Assembly: GCA_010356995.1 (NCBI GenBank)
Contig: ML996689.1
Location: 1,816,691 to 1,876,117, forward strand
From: Trichodelitschia bisporula
Taxonomy: Eukaryota
Length of the DNA: 59,427 nt
Direction of reading: 5' to 3'
The translations under genes were made by a program, and so were the position numbers. Position 1 is the first letter of the stretch. Each line of letters begins with the position of its first letter. Positions 11,711-24,012 of the stretch are shown in pieces. A model generated the notes under the pieces. It was not told the origin of the DNA. It saw nothing but the letters and a program-made list of their open reading frames with translations, and did not search any database.

Positions 11711-12711
11711 GCTGGCGGCAATGCTTACGAGTGGTGAGAGTGGACGTCATGGTGTTGAAGCTGTCAGTTGCTTGACTCGACATGGGAAGGGAAGGAGCGG
11801 GCCACAAAGCGAGACATGAGACATGACAACGGGAAGGGACGAAGAAGGATTGGGGAGGAAGGATCGATGGATGCATTCGAGACAAGATAAGGGAAATAAG
11901 GAAGGCGTGGCCGACGGCACGCGGCATGACGAAGTTGGTTGAAATGTTAGAAGAAGCGCCGAATGCGGAGAACAGCGCTTATGCATCGTTGTTTTTCACT
12001 GCAGCCGAAGTCATTTCAACTCCAGCAACCCCACGAACGAGCACCTGTATATTGTTGCATTTCACTACCAAACGCCCTATTATATACACTCCCCCTCCAT
12101 TAACACGCCCCCAAAAACTAGTAGCATCGAACTGGTGGCGCTTGTAGGGCGCCAGGCGCGTTTGCTGCAGGGCTGGTTGGGCTTGAAAGGTGTTGGTTGG
12201 TTGGCGCCAGTTCGACGTACCTGAGGTTTTCTGGAAGGCCGCGTTGGAGAAAGCCACCAGACTGCCCCCCAAGCTCCTCCCAAGACCCTCCCAACTTTCC
12301 ACAACACCCACCCCGTAGCTACCAATCCCGCCGGCACAGGCGTGAGATTCAATAGCTTCGCGAAGTGTCAATCTTCACCATCCATCAACTCTCCTCTACC
12401 CCCCGCCATCCTCTAACAAGTCACCGTCATTGAATAGAGGGCAACTTAGTCACTTCCGCTTCCTGGGCACCCACCACCACCCTGCATGCCCTGCTTCCCG
12501 ACCAACCCCACCCGTGAAGCGCTTCCGACCATCGACTGCATTGCCCCCGTCCTGTGACAACTGACGCCGGCAACATCAACCCTTCCACTCTCTCTGCCGT
12601 CCACCCGTCATCTCTGTCATCTTCTCCTCGCCACCTCCGCAAACCTCATCCATCAACACCCCCCTGCGTCTGCGTCAGTGGCTTCCCGTTGCCTTCTCTC
12701 CCCATCGCACC

Positions 12712-14715
12712 ATGTCATCCACTCGCCGCCAGAACATCCTGAGACGTCGTCGGCGCGTCGAAGACGAGGGCGAGGATGAAGGTTCCATCGCTGCCGACCT
12801 GATTGATGACTCGCAGAGCGACGCCTCGCTGCCGAGCGACCTTGACGACGATGCCGACGCAGACGACAGCGACCTCAGCGATACCGAGGGGCCCAATGCC
12901 GTCGACAGCAACATCAAGGCGAGCAAGCCGAACGGCGCTGCCAAGGTGCAGCTTCCTCAGGCGGCGCAGACGGCCGAGGTGCACGACATCACCTTTAGCT
13001 CGATACAGGACACAGAAGTCATGATGAACGGCCTGAAGCTTTCTGGATCGGAGGAGGCCATAGACTTTGACACACTGGAACAACCAAAGACAGAGGTCAA
13101 GGAGCGCAAGGCGCGACCCGAGGCGGAGGAACGGCCTAAGCGGGACCACGAAGAGTACAAGAAGAAGCGAGATGCCGACCCGGCCTTTGTGCCGAACCGG
13201 GGCGCCTTTTTCATGCATGACCACCGTACGGCCTCGCCGGGCCATAACGGCTTCAGACCGTTTGCTGGCCGAGGGCGCGGACGAGGACGGGGCGGTATCG
13301 GGGGACCCTATGCTCCCGCACCGTACGTTGACTCTCCCGTTCCTGTCTCCACTAACAGCCGCAGTCCTGCTGTACAGCCCGAGCCTGCAAGTGGCGTCTG
13401 GGCCCACGACCTGCACGACACGCTGCAGGAGCCGACCAAACCGGGTGCACAGCAGCCGAGGCAACAACAGAAGCCGGCACCCACGGCACCCGCAGCCGCA
13501 GGCCCAGACACACCGGCCCTCCCCGTGCGTCAGTTCTCAACGACAAAACTTCTCGGAAATATCCAAATCCGCGTCTCGCTCCCCGGCATGAAGGCGCCTA
13601 TAATATTCCAGGGCGTGCCCTACCACCAGCACACCAAGCTCCCGAACCACCGCCCGCCCCTTCGCCGCGATAAGCCGGTCCGCATATCCCTTCCCGACAA
13701 GCCGCCACGCTATATTTTCCCTGCGACAGAGCGTTCGTTTATCTTCATACCTCGTGCGTTGCGGCCCAACCAGCAGGGCTTCGGACGCGGAAAGGGCCGC
13801 GGCATGAGTTCATATGGCGGATTTTCGAGCCGCCGTACGAGTGCATACGGTGGCAGCGTATACTCTCCCAGCATCGCCGCCATGAGCCGGCGGTCATCAC
13901 TGGCGCGGGAGTTCAACCGGGACGGGCTTGGATCACCGACTGGCCCCGCGAGACCGGTGGTTCGCCTGCCGCCGGGCTCGCAACAGCACACGGCGGTCGG
14001 TACGCCGGTGCATCACCCAGCCACCATGTCGGGCCACAGCACGCCCATGACGCCGCACATGCAGTCACATGGGTACCCGATGCCACAAAAGCCGGTGTTC
14101 CGCGAAAACTGGGCACACCAGCTGCACCAGCCGCGGCCTCAAAAGACCATCTCGGTGGCGGGCATCGAGTCACCGGCATCGAACATGTACAGCCAAGACC
14201 ATCAGCCGTTCCAGCACCAGTTACCAGCTCACGTCAACGGTGAAGCTTTCTACCCCGGTCGCGGTCAGTATCCGACCCAAACGGCGGGCAGTACGCCACT
14301 GTCCAACATTCCCGAGCGCGCCATCCACGCGCAACCCTTCCAGCCCTTCCAGCAAGCCTACCCGCAGAGCTACTTCTACCCGGGTCAGCAGGCGTATGCC
14401 GGCGGACAGGTCATTGCACCGATGCTGGTGCAGAACGGACAGCAAGGATATCTTGTGCCGACGATTGCGCCCGCCGGGCCGCCCGCCGGGCCGCCCGCCG
14501 TGCAGCCGGTGCAAGGGACGGTTGCCGGGCAGCAAGCCATGGTGGCGTACGAGCAGAACGGCATGGTATACTACTACGATCCCCAGGCGTATGGGGCGGC
14601 CCCGGAGCAGGCGGAGAGTTTCACGCCGGCGCAGAACTACGCTGTGCCGGTGATGAATCCGAATGCGTACTACTACCCGCAAGTTCCGGGAGCAGTATAC
14701 TACCCGCAGCAGTGA
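12712..14715 (+). CDS. CASC3: CASC3/Barentsz (Btz domain) exon-junction-complex protein
   Basis: DPAFVPNRGAFFMHDHR and WAHDLH Btz motifs, RG repeats; probable in-frame intron 13323-13364. Confidence 0.85.
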   Translation: MSSTRRQNILRRRRRVEDEGEDEGSIAADLIDDSQSDASLPSDLDDDADADDSDLSDTEGPNAVDSNIKASKPNGAAKVQLPQAAQTAEVHDITFSSIQDTEVMMNGLKLSGSEEAIDFDTLEQPKTEVKERKARPEAEERPKRDHEEYKKKRDADPAFVPNRGAFFMHDHRTASPGHNGFRPFAGRGRGRGRGGIGGPYAPAPYVDSPVPVSTNSRSPAVQPEPASGVWAHDLHDTLQEPTKPGAQQPRQQQKPAPTAPAAAGPDTPALPVRQFSTTKLLGNIQIRVSLPGMKAPIIFQGVPYHQHTKLPNHRPPLRRDKPVRISLPDKPPRYIFPATERSFIFIPRALRPNQQGFGRGKGRGMSSYGGFSSRRTSAYGGSVYSPSIAAMSRRSSLAREFNRDGLGSPTGPARPVVRLPPGSQQHTAVGTPVHHPATMSGHSTPMTPHMQSHGYPMPQKPVFRENWAHQLHQPRPQKTISVAGIESPASNMYSQDHQPFQHQLPAHVNGEAFYPGRGQYPTQTAGSTPLSNIPERAIHAQPFQPFQQAYPQSYFYPGQQAYAGGQVIAPMLVQNGQQGYLVPTIAPAGPPAGPPAVQPVQGTVAGQQAMVAYEQNGMVYYYDPQAYGAAPEQAESFTPAQNYAVPVMNPNAYYYPQVPGAVYYPQQ

Positions 14716-15890
14716 TGCTTCTTTTCGGCGATGCTAGCGCGGTGAAGGGAGAAGTGGGTCTGGGGGACTGGGATTTGCAATTCATTGGGTGGTGCGGGAG
14801 TCTTTCTGCTCTCACGGGCTTTTTGTTGGCAGCTTTTCGGAGTTACTAGATACACCCTTTATTCTCTTCGAAGTCACTTTGGCGAGCTGGCAGCACAGCT
14901 TACGGGACACCTTCCTTTGTGCATGTGAGTGGGGAGAGATGGAGCGAGATGGTGTGGAAGGAAGATGAGAGTGGGTCGGAAGATATGGGGAGAAGCTGTG
15001 GGGAGAAAGCGACGAGTGGGGTGGAGGAGAGAGTGGAGTTTTTAAGAAAGTGGTCGACGGCGAAGAACGGACACACCCGCAACTCAATAACCATTTTTCA
15101 GTGGGAGGAAGTGGATGTCGTAGCGTGGGGGCGGGGGGGGCGCGCTGGGGATAGGAAGAGCTAGGGCAGAGGAGTAATCAAAGGTGCTATAGACCAGGCT
15201 GATTGATGAATCCCTTTCCATGCGGCTCTGTTGACGGGTGACTGTGGTCGACTAAAGGGCTAGAGGAGTCGGGACAATGCGAGGCGCGGCGCCGATGGCT
15301 GATAAGTATGGCTCTCCGACCGGACAACGGTCCAGCGTTTGCACATTTGAGGTGGCAGGGCCGCGGGGCGGTGATTAGGATGAGTTGGCTCTGGAGGAGG
15401 GAGGGATTTTGAGCGTTGTGGGGGATGGATTTCAAAGCCAATGGAGGGCGATGGAGGGTGAGAGATGCAGATAGAGGCTGATGGAGTGTGGCGATGGCAT
15501 GTTGGACAGATTGTGGTTGCCGTACCGTACCGTGCAGCAGGCGCTGGAGGTTGCGTGGACGTGCAGCCTGGCATACTGTGCACCGTAGTGGCCTAGTTCT
15601 AGCGACCGGCGATGGTGTTCCTACTGAGTTCGCCATTCTGTGGTACCGCATCGGTACCGCATGGCCCTATGGTACCTCCGAGTTCACCGACCGACACCGA
15701 CATCTCAACCTGGTGCAACACCTGACACCATTGGGGCCAAGCCATCGCGAAACACCGACTTTCCGACAGCTGCACGGCGGATGATTGGTTGGATGGGCGA
15801 AGCTCTAGAGCGGGGTGAACAGTGCAGGCTAGACCACAGTCGGTTAGACACTCGTCGTCACCTTGATCTCACATATGCGATGGTTAGGCT

Positions 15891-15965
15891 GTCAGGCAGC
15901 GGTCAGGCAGTGGTCAGGCAGTGGTCAGGCAGTGGTCAGGCAGTGGTCAGGCAAGTTGTCAGGCA
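15891..15965. repeat. 11-bp minisatellite (GGTCAGGCAGT) x ~6-7
   Basis: Directly visible tandem array, degenerate at both ends. Confidence 0.9.
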
Positions 15966-16615
15966 TACCTGAGCAGCTCCAGTCCCGTGCCATGTCGCTG
16001 TGTCGCTCCCTCCCCTCCGTCTCCCTCATCTCTCCCTCACTCCCTCACTCCCTCCCACCCCCTCCCCTCCCCTCCCCTCCCATCTCCATCATCAACCTCC
16101 CACCTCTCCACCTCTCCATCTCTCCATCTCTCCAACATCTCCTCTTCCGTGTCCACCTCCCATCTCTCCGTCTTTGCTGGTCTTTGTGATTCTGTCCATC
16201 CATTTCACCTGTGCTTCGTACTGTGAGAAAAGAGTGTCAAAAGAGGCAAACAACGCCCCCCCCCCCCTCCCCCCAACAGAGTCCCGTGCCAGAAGTCAAA
16301 TACCAGTCGCCCTCCCACCCTTGGTAAGCTTGCTCGCCTGCCTGCTGGATCCCGCCCTTGATCAACCTCCCCTCTTCCGCTCACCTCCACCTTACAATCT
16401 CACCACCTCCACCCTCCGTTTCCCTCCCACAATCCATCCACTTCAACCACTTCCATCACATCTCTCCTACTCCTTCTCCTTTACTGTGTCTGCTCGCTCG
16501 GACGTCGTTCACAACTCAAATTCGAATTTCTCTTTGTCCCTCCGCAGGGCTGAACACCCCGCTTGCGAGCTAGGCTACCATCCGCCAGTTCCCGTAGCAA
16601 TCAACTCTGCCCAAC

Positions 16616-19600
16616 ATGTCTACTCCAGCATCACAACCTCTGATGGTCGGTCCGGACACTCTCATCAGCGTCCGCATCTCGCTGCAGGGCATCACTCGTC
16701 GCTACAAGATGTCGCTGTCGGAGCTGACGCCTGACGTCCTCCCTGGCAAGGTGCGTCGCTAGCCGCCAGGCTGCAGCCTACCCCCGAAACTTGACCTCAC
16801 CCAAAAAACTAACTTCACCAGCTTCGCACCCTTTTGGGCATTCCTGCCGACCGCGAGGTGCTGTTTGAGCGCTACTCCGACTCCGCTGCCGCCTACGTGG
16901 CTCTCGACCCCAACGGCAGCTCGGCCAGCTACAAGACGTTGCACCGCGCCGCCAAGGCCAAGCTCAAGCTGCGCCTCAAGGCCACGGTTCCTGCGGGCGA
17001 TGGCGACAATGATGCCGTGCCCTTTGTGCTCAAGAAGCATGTCGAAGCACCGGCGCAGATTCCGCTCTTCGATTGCGTTCCTGCACCGGCTGCGCCTCCC
17101 CCCACTTCACCTTCCGCCTCAACTGCTGAGGCGGAGGCCGCCCCAGTCGGTGCCACCCCACCTGCTCTTGGCACGCCCGAGGCCGAAGTCCAGCAGCAGC
17201 AGGAGCCGACACCACCCAAGGAGCGTTCCGTCATGGAGCAGCTGCCGAACGGCGATGTGCGCATCGCGGTTGAGGACCTCCCCAAGGTAAACATGCACGT
17301 CCTCCGTAACCTGCTTCGGTCTCATTCGGAGCAGCTGCCCGTGCAGCTTCCACCGCGCGTGACGGCGCAGTCGACGTGGTCTGTCTTCTGCAACGTGTGC
17401 GATACACCCATGATCAATGACCACTTCCACTGCAACACGTGCGACAACGGCGACTACGACCTGTGCCTTGAGTGCGTCGCCAAAGGCAAGCACTGCCTTG
17501 TCGACTCGCACTGGCTCGTCAAGCGTCGCATCGTCGACGGCAAGGTCGTGTGGAACTTCTCGGAGAAGCTGCGCAGCCGCTCGCTGGTTCAGCACGAGAT
17601 GCCGGGCGCCTTCACGGAGGACAAGAAGCCGGAGCCGGAAGAGCAGCGCACGTGCAACTGCTGTGTCACTGGTATGCTTTTTCGTAAATTTCGTGTTACG
17701 GGCGGAGCTCTAATTACCATTTAGCCTACCCTGAGAGTCACATGTTCTTCTGCGCCGACTGCGCCGATTACGACCTCTGCACCCGCTGCTTCGAAGAGAA
17801 TGAGCATGGTCACCACCCAGGCCATACATTCCAGGCCGTCCGCATGGAGGGCGAGATGGCGGGCGCGCTCAAGAGCCTGTGCACCCCCGGTCGCGGTGTG
17901 CACCACCCGGCCACTTGCGACGGCTGTGACAAGACCATCTGCGGCGTGCGCCACAAGTGCCTCAACTGTCCCGACTGGGACTACTGCTCCAAGTGCATCA
18001 AGGATGCAGCGAAGACGCACCCGAAGCACCGCTTCGCGCCGCTGTATGAGGAGATTGCGGAGCCGCCGTACAACACAGTGCGCCACAACAACGTCTACTG
18101 CGACGGACCACTGTGCAAGACGGGTAACAAGACCATCCTCGGTGTCCGCTACCGCTGCGCCATCTGCCATGACACCGACTTCTGTGCCAACTGCGAGGCG
18201 AGCCCGCAGAACTTTCACAACCGCACGCACCCGCTCATCATGCTCAAGACACCAGTGGCCAACTTCAGCGTGACGACTATCGACGACACGAAGGAGCTGA
18301 TCCGCGAGATGCACCCGTACCGCTCGAATAACACCACGTCGCCGACGCGAACTATCGCTGAAATCCAGCCGACGGAGCCGAAGGCGGTGTCGGAGAAGAT
18401 CAGGGTGTCGGACCTGCTGCAGAAGCCGGCTTCGGAGAAGATCAAGATCAAAGACCTTGTCCACCCTGTCGACACACCAGTGCCAGGCTCTGAGGGTCTG
18501 CAGGCATCCTTTGTGCGCGACACCATCGCCGACGGCACAGCTATGACGGTCGGTCAGCAGTTTGTGCAAGTGTGGACGCTGCGCAACCCCGGCCCGCTAC
18601 CGTGGCCTGCCGGCTGCCGCGTGCGCTACATTGGCGGCGACAGCATGCTGAACATCGACATGAACCAAAACACCCATGCCGACATTTCTGCAGCGGCACA
18701 GAGCAACATCATCGAGCGCCCGGTCGAGGCCGGCGAGGAGATCTCGTTCCGCGTCGCCATGAAGGCCGACGGCCGTGAGGGCCTGCAGATTTCGTACTGG
18801 CGTCTCAAGACGCCGGACGGTGTGCCGTTTGGCCATCGTCTTTGGTGCCACATTACGGTGGCGAAGCCGGCCGCTGGCACCGCTCCTACGGCCGAGACGA
18901 CACCCGCCCCTGAGCTCCTCAACAACATGCTACATCGTCGCGAGCAGCTGGAGGATCGCATGGCACGCCTAAACCGCAACCTTGTCGATAACCATCGCCG
19001 CTGGTGCGAGCAGTCGACGGCGAAGCGCGAGGCGCGGTTGGCTGAGCGCACCGAGGCCATGGCGCGTGCGCGCATGCTGCACAACCTTCACTCAACGATG
19101 CCCCCTGAGCTTGTTTCGGAGCACACACGGCGCATGCAGGCCCATCGCAAGATGGCGCTGCGAGGCCACGCAAAGCCGACGGACGACCAAGAGTCTGAAG
19201 TTGGTTCCTCCTTTGTCCCCCCCAGCGGCTGTCAGCGCCGCCAAAACCACGGCGAACTCAGTAAGGCGCGCCATGCTTCAACCCTCGATGCCTTGGACTC
19301 GGCGCGCGAGAAGGCTTTGGCCGCGAGATCGGCGATGACGGCCACGATGGAGGCCGAGCAGCGTGAAGGGCGTGTGGCGGACATGCGTGAGATGCAGAAC
19401 CAGGTCCGTGAGAAGATGGCCGAGGCCCACATGCGTGAGGTTGCACGGGCAGCCCGCATGGAGGCTCTGCGCATGGCGGCGTCGCTGCCCACTCCCCCGA
19501 AGTGGGCGGCGAGGGAGCAGCAGAAAATGGACACCAAGGAAGCGGCGATCGCCCCGACTTTGGTTGGGTACCATCCGACGGAGATGGCCAACAATGCCCC

Positions 19601-19707
19601 TACCCAAGCTGAGGCTCCGCAGGTCGCAGAGGCTACGAATGAGGTTAAGCTGGTCGAGAAGGCGGCTGATGTTCCGGCTCCGGTTGTGGCTCCAGTTGCT
19701 GAACTGG

Positions 19708-19741
<34 letters not shown>

Positions 19742-20054
19742 TGCGATGGCGGCTGTGGCTGCTGCTGCGGCTGCGATTACGGCTGAGGCTGCTGCTGCGA
19801 TGGCGGCTGCGGCTGAGGCTGCGGTTGCGAATGCGGCTCCCGCTGCGGCTCCGGTTGCCGAGCTTGCGGCTCCGGCTGAGGAGATGAAGAACGAGGCAGA
19901 ACGCAGTGTTCCCCCCACCACGCCTCTTGTTGAGGACGTGTCTGACTCTGACACGTACGAGGAGCTCGACGCCGAGGACGAGACGTGGCAGACAGACGAG
20001 GAGTATGATATTCTGGACGCGAGCGACGAGGAGGCGCCTGTCGCGAAGAAGTAG
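16616..20054 (+). CDS. NBR1: NBR1-type selective autophagy receptor (PB1, 4 ZZ zinc fingers, FW domain, C-terminal AIM)
   Basis: ATG 16616; introns 16751-16821 and 17672-17724; four ZZ motifs (CxxC..CxxCxDYDLCxxC); FW domain WTLRNPG..WPAGC..SYWRL..FGHRLW; DEEYDIL. Confidence 0.9.
19709..19742 (+). repeat. Coding hexamer microsatellite (GGCTCC)x5.7, Ala-Pro repeat
   Basis: Direct observation inside NBR1. Confidence 0.9.
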
Positions 20055-21500
20055 GTTTGCAGAGGATTTTTGGGCGTGGGGATCAAATTGCCAGCTCTTT
20101 CACGGTTTCTTTGTCATGGCTCTCTACTTACCTGCTTAGTGTGGTTCGGCTCATGCGTTGCTGTTGTTGGGGGGACATACGTTTGCGCCGCCGCGGGGGA
20201 AATGCAAAAGGGGATATGAAATTGTAAACGCAAAAAACAAAAATCACGGGAAGGTGGTAGCGGTGAGCAAGTGGTCACTCATTGTGCTACCTGCGTGTTG
20301 TTTTGGCCTTTTGGCGGCGGGGCGATGTTAGTCACCTAGGTTCTGTAATGAGATTTATGGGTTTTTAAAAGAGTGAGTTGGTGATTTCGGGTCCTTGCGA
20401 GTGGGACTGTTCCTGCGAGACTTTTTGAGTTGGGGCCGGTTAGGCCTTGAGACTGGATGAGGTATCACGGTCGAGTTGTAGGGAGGCGGGGCTTCGTCGG
20501 AAGTATTCACGCACGCATGCTGACTTTAAGCCAGCAGCTCTCCATTTTATGCCCTATCCTACCGTACGGCCCGTCCGCGTCACGCGTCTACTACGTGGAA
20601 TATCAGTCTCGAAAATAAGTTCGTAATGTCATAAGCGGCACCGCCGCCCATCTCCGGCATACCATCCCTTTCACAGGAGATGGAACCGTCCATCCCATCC
20701 CCCGGAACCAGTGTACCATCCACCTCTCCCCATACTCCAATACTTTCCATCCGCAGCCGGTATGCAAAAAGTCCACGTAGACCATAACTCCTTCCTCCTC
20801 CACACAGCAATGCCCTCGAACAGCCGGCTCCCGCGAACCCGCGAACGAGCTCCGGCTCCGTCGCCGTCTCACATCCACCGACGACCCTTACCGAGTCCAG
20901 ACGGCCGCCTACACGCTGCCCGCATACTCGGACCGAAGTCCCGGCACAAAGGCTAGAACTAGGGAGACCCGATCCATGTGCTAGTTCCGGAATCCTGGCG
21001 TTGCACTATCCACTTTTTGCAATTATCCGGGTGTTTTGAGCGTTAAGGACGGGCGAGGTGCTTGGTTTCCTGTATGGACGGCTCTGGGTCGGGGATTGTG
21101 TACAGAGGCCTGGGGTCAGGGGGTTGAGCATTTTATGGGACGGAGGGTTTGGGAGTAGCTGCCATAGCGCCAGGTATCGTGGCCGTGGAAAACCAAGGAG
21201 GACCAAGTCCAAGGGGCAATGGGCAGTGAGTTATATCCAGAGTCCAAAGGTCAGGGGCCACACCACCTTGCAGTCATCGGCACTGCAGATCGGCAGAGTT
21301 TAAGTCATAAATTCATCCCGCACTGGTAACGCCTTGCAATCACGGCAGACCAATATCAGTCACGTCCTTTTATGCTACGTGACACAATTGAGCCCATTCC
21401 ACATGCCCTAGACACGAACGAGCCAAGCCACGTGTTCCCACATACGAATAAGCCCATCCATGCAACAACCACCGACACAAAGCAGTCAGAGGCGAGTTGC

Positions 21501-22377
21501 TTAACGGTAACGCCAGAGCGACAGGGTGTTGTGGCGCTTCCACGTCTTGCGGCGACCGGCCGTGGTCTTGTTGTAGCGATGGCCCTTGTTGAGACCACGC
21601 GACTTCTTTCCCGTGGCAGTAAGGCCGCGAGCCTCGCGGTGCTGCGGCCGTCAGCGCTCCCATTCTCCGAATCACTCTACTCCGAAAACAACGTACCTTG
21701 TGGACAGGGTTGCAGATCCAGTTGATCCGCGCATCGCGGCGGATGGCCTTGTGCTGGGGGTCGACCAGGATGACTTCGTAGTACTTGTACGTAGAGTCCT
21801 GGTTGATCCAGTACGAGTTGAGAACGCGCAAGTTGGGGCAACGGCGGCCGACACGCTCCTCGGCGGTGGAGCGAAGCGAGCGCTGGTACTTGAGCTGGTT
21901 CACACCCTGGTTCGTCGGCTTGCCTGCGGGAATCAGCATTACTCCACTACCGTTACTCAACAACCATAAGCTTACCGTAGGTGGCACCCTTGGGAACCGG
22001 GCGCTTGCGACCACCGCGGCGGACGCGCACGCGGTAGATCGCATAGCCCTGCTTGGCCTTGTACCCGAGACGGCGAGCCTTATCGGGGCGCGAGGGACGC
22101 GAAGCACGGTGGATAACATGCAACTGGCGGAGCTAGCGGTGATGCACTCTCAGCAAAGTTCAACGAGTACACCACAGCGCGAGAAGGTCCTCAAGCGCTG
22201 GCTAGATTTTCACTCACTTCCCAGCAGCGGACGCGCAGAAGGAAGCGCAGGACATCCGACTGCTTGCGCTTCTGCAGCTCCTCGACATACTTGAGGGCAC
22301 CCTGGGAGCGTTAGCTATTGCGTGCGGTGGAGGGATATGTTAGTGCGCCTGTGAGTCTGCGCATTGAGGCATACCAT
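21501..22377 (-). CDS. RPL15: 60S ribosomal protein L15 (eL15)
   Basis: Spliced [32 protein letters not shown]...[18 protein letters not shown]...LSLWRYR; four introns, the first directly after the ATG. Confidence 0.97.
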
Positions 22378-22674
22378 TTTGCTGTTGAACTAAACGTTAG
22401 CCGGCGACGGTCGTGGGTATGGTTGGGGACGGAGAAGAGGTGGTGAGAATTTCGGCTCGAGAAGTTCGTGTGTGGGATGACTAATCTGCGGGCCTGGGCT
22501 TGGCACGGAGGAAGTTCACCGAGCTCCGATCGCGCTTATCGCTTGTCGCTAATTGCCTCTATACGGCACCCGAGCGCTTCTTGTTGCACCACTCTCTCCG
22601 GCACAGTAGTCATATGCTCATGGACCACAGCACAGATTTCATAATCATTTCATCCGAAACATCCTCCTAGGTAT

Positions 22675-24012
22675 CTATGCGCGGTGATAAAGTGATTGAG
22701 ACGATGCGCTGCTCGCATGACTCCAATGCCTCTGCACTTCCACGCTGCTCCCCCGACTCGGTATCTCGCTCCTCTGGCTCTCGACATCCGCGATGCGTGA
22801 CGCCGCGTCGCCACTGATATCGCCAAAATGAAAGCTGCTTCCCTCCTCGGCGGCCGCCGTCTCCTCCATCCCCCCAGTGACAATGACCATCGACTTCGGC
22901 TCCTCTGGGCCCCTCCATGGCAGCTCCATCTTCTCTGTCGTCTTGTTGAGCGATCGTGAGTAAGTTCCCTTGCTGCCGAACTTGTTCCGCCAGCTCGAAG
23001 GTAAGCTTGCATTCGACTTCGACCTCGTCACCTCCAATAACTTCTTGAAGAAGATCTTAAGCGCTGGGGCCGATGCGCAGATGAGCGCCACGTGAGACTC
23101 AATTGTCAGCCACGTCCACCCGTTCCACGATTCCCACGTCATGTCGTACGTGGTAAAATATATGGGCATAGTGACCGTGATGCGGATAATGGCGCATATA
23201 CACAGACTACCCAATCAGCTTCGCTCATCGCACGGTAACCTACTCACAAGAAGCCAACGCCGAAAATGAGGACGAGGGCAAGTTTTTGACGCCGCGGGAT
23301 CCGCACGTTCCAGAACAGAACCATTGGTATGCCGCAGGCCAAGAAGTCTTGAATGGCGCTGGCGACAGCCGCGGCGATCAGGTCGGCGGGCTCGTCGATG
23401 CAATGGTACTCGTTTGTCGAGCGCCACACCAAGTCGGCGAGCATCCAGTACGCTTTGAATGGCCGGCAAGTCAAGAAGAGAACGGTGGAAAAGACGACAA
23501 AGTACAAAACGACGAAGATGATGGCGCCGTGTACGACTCGACGGAACGTCTTGGTAACAGTGCCGGCGGCCAGGCGGTGGTAAAAGAGGAGGATGGAGAT
23601 CTTTGTCGTCGACGTGGATAACATGTACAAGAACTCGATGACCATGGTGATTTTGCGGCTGTCGACGAGCACCTCCTGTGTGTTGTCCCACAAGTGGCGG
23701 TCGAAGCCATACTTTTTTGACGAAAGACACAGCGCGACAGCGAGGCCCGTCAGCGGCACCTGCGAGTGTTAGATCCAATCATCCGCAACTTCTTCATCCA
23801 CTGACCAGATTGAATATGATGAAGTAATCATCCAGGCCCGAATTCTTCGTCAGGATAAAGCGCGCATATAGGCGCAGGCCGACGACAATATACACCAGGC
23901 CGAGCAGCACACACACCAGAATCACCAGGCTCCATCCTCGCGTCTCCGGGTTGACGTAGTTAGGCGTCCACGAAAAGATGAGATCCAGCGGGGGGTACAA
24001 ACCACCGGGCAT
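22675..24012 (-). CDS. PTH11-like (fungal rhodopsin-domain) 7-TM membrane protein, no CFEM domain
   Basis: PNYVNPETRG, LRLYAR..GLDDY, YGFDRHLWD, KISILLFY.R, IESHVALICASAPALK; introns 23760-23805 and 23207-23247. Confidence 0.9.

Noticed and set aside
15891..15965. Repeat array as a CRISPR locus
   Set aside because: Contiguous 11-bp units without spacers in a eukaryotic genome
20580..21300. C-rich to G-rich segment resembling a gene remnant
   Set aside because: Only short ORFs with no recognisable motif or consistent splicing
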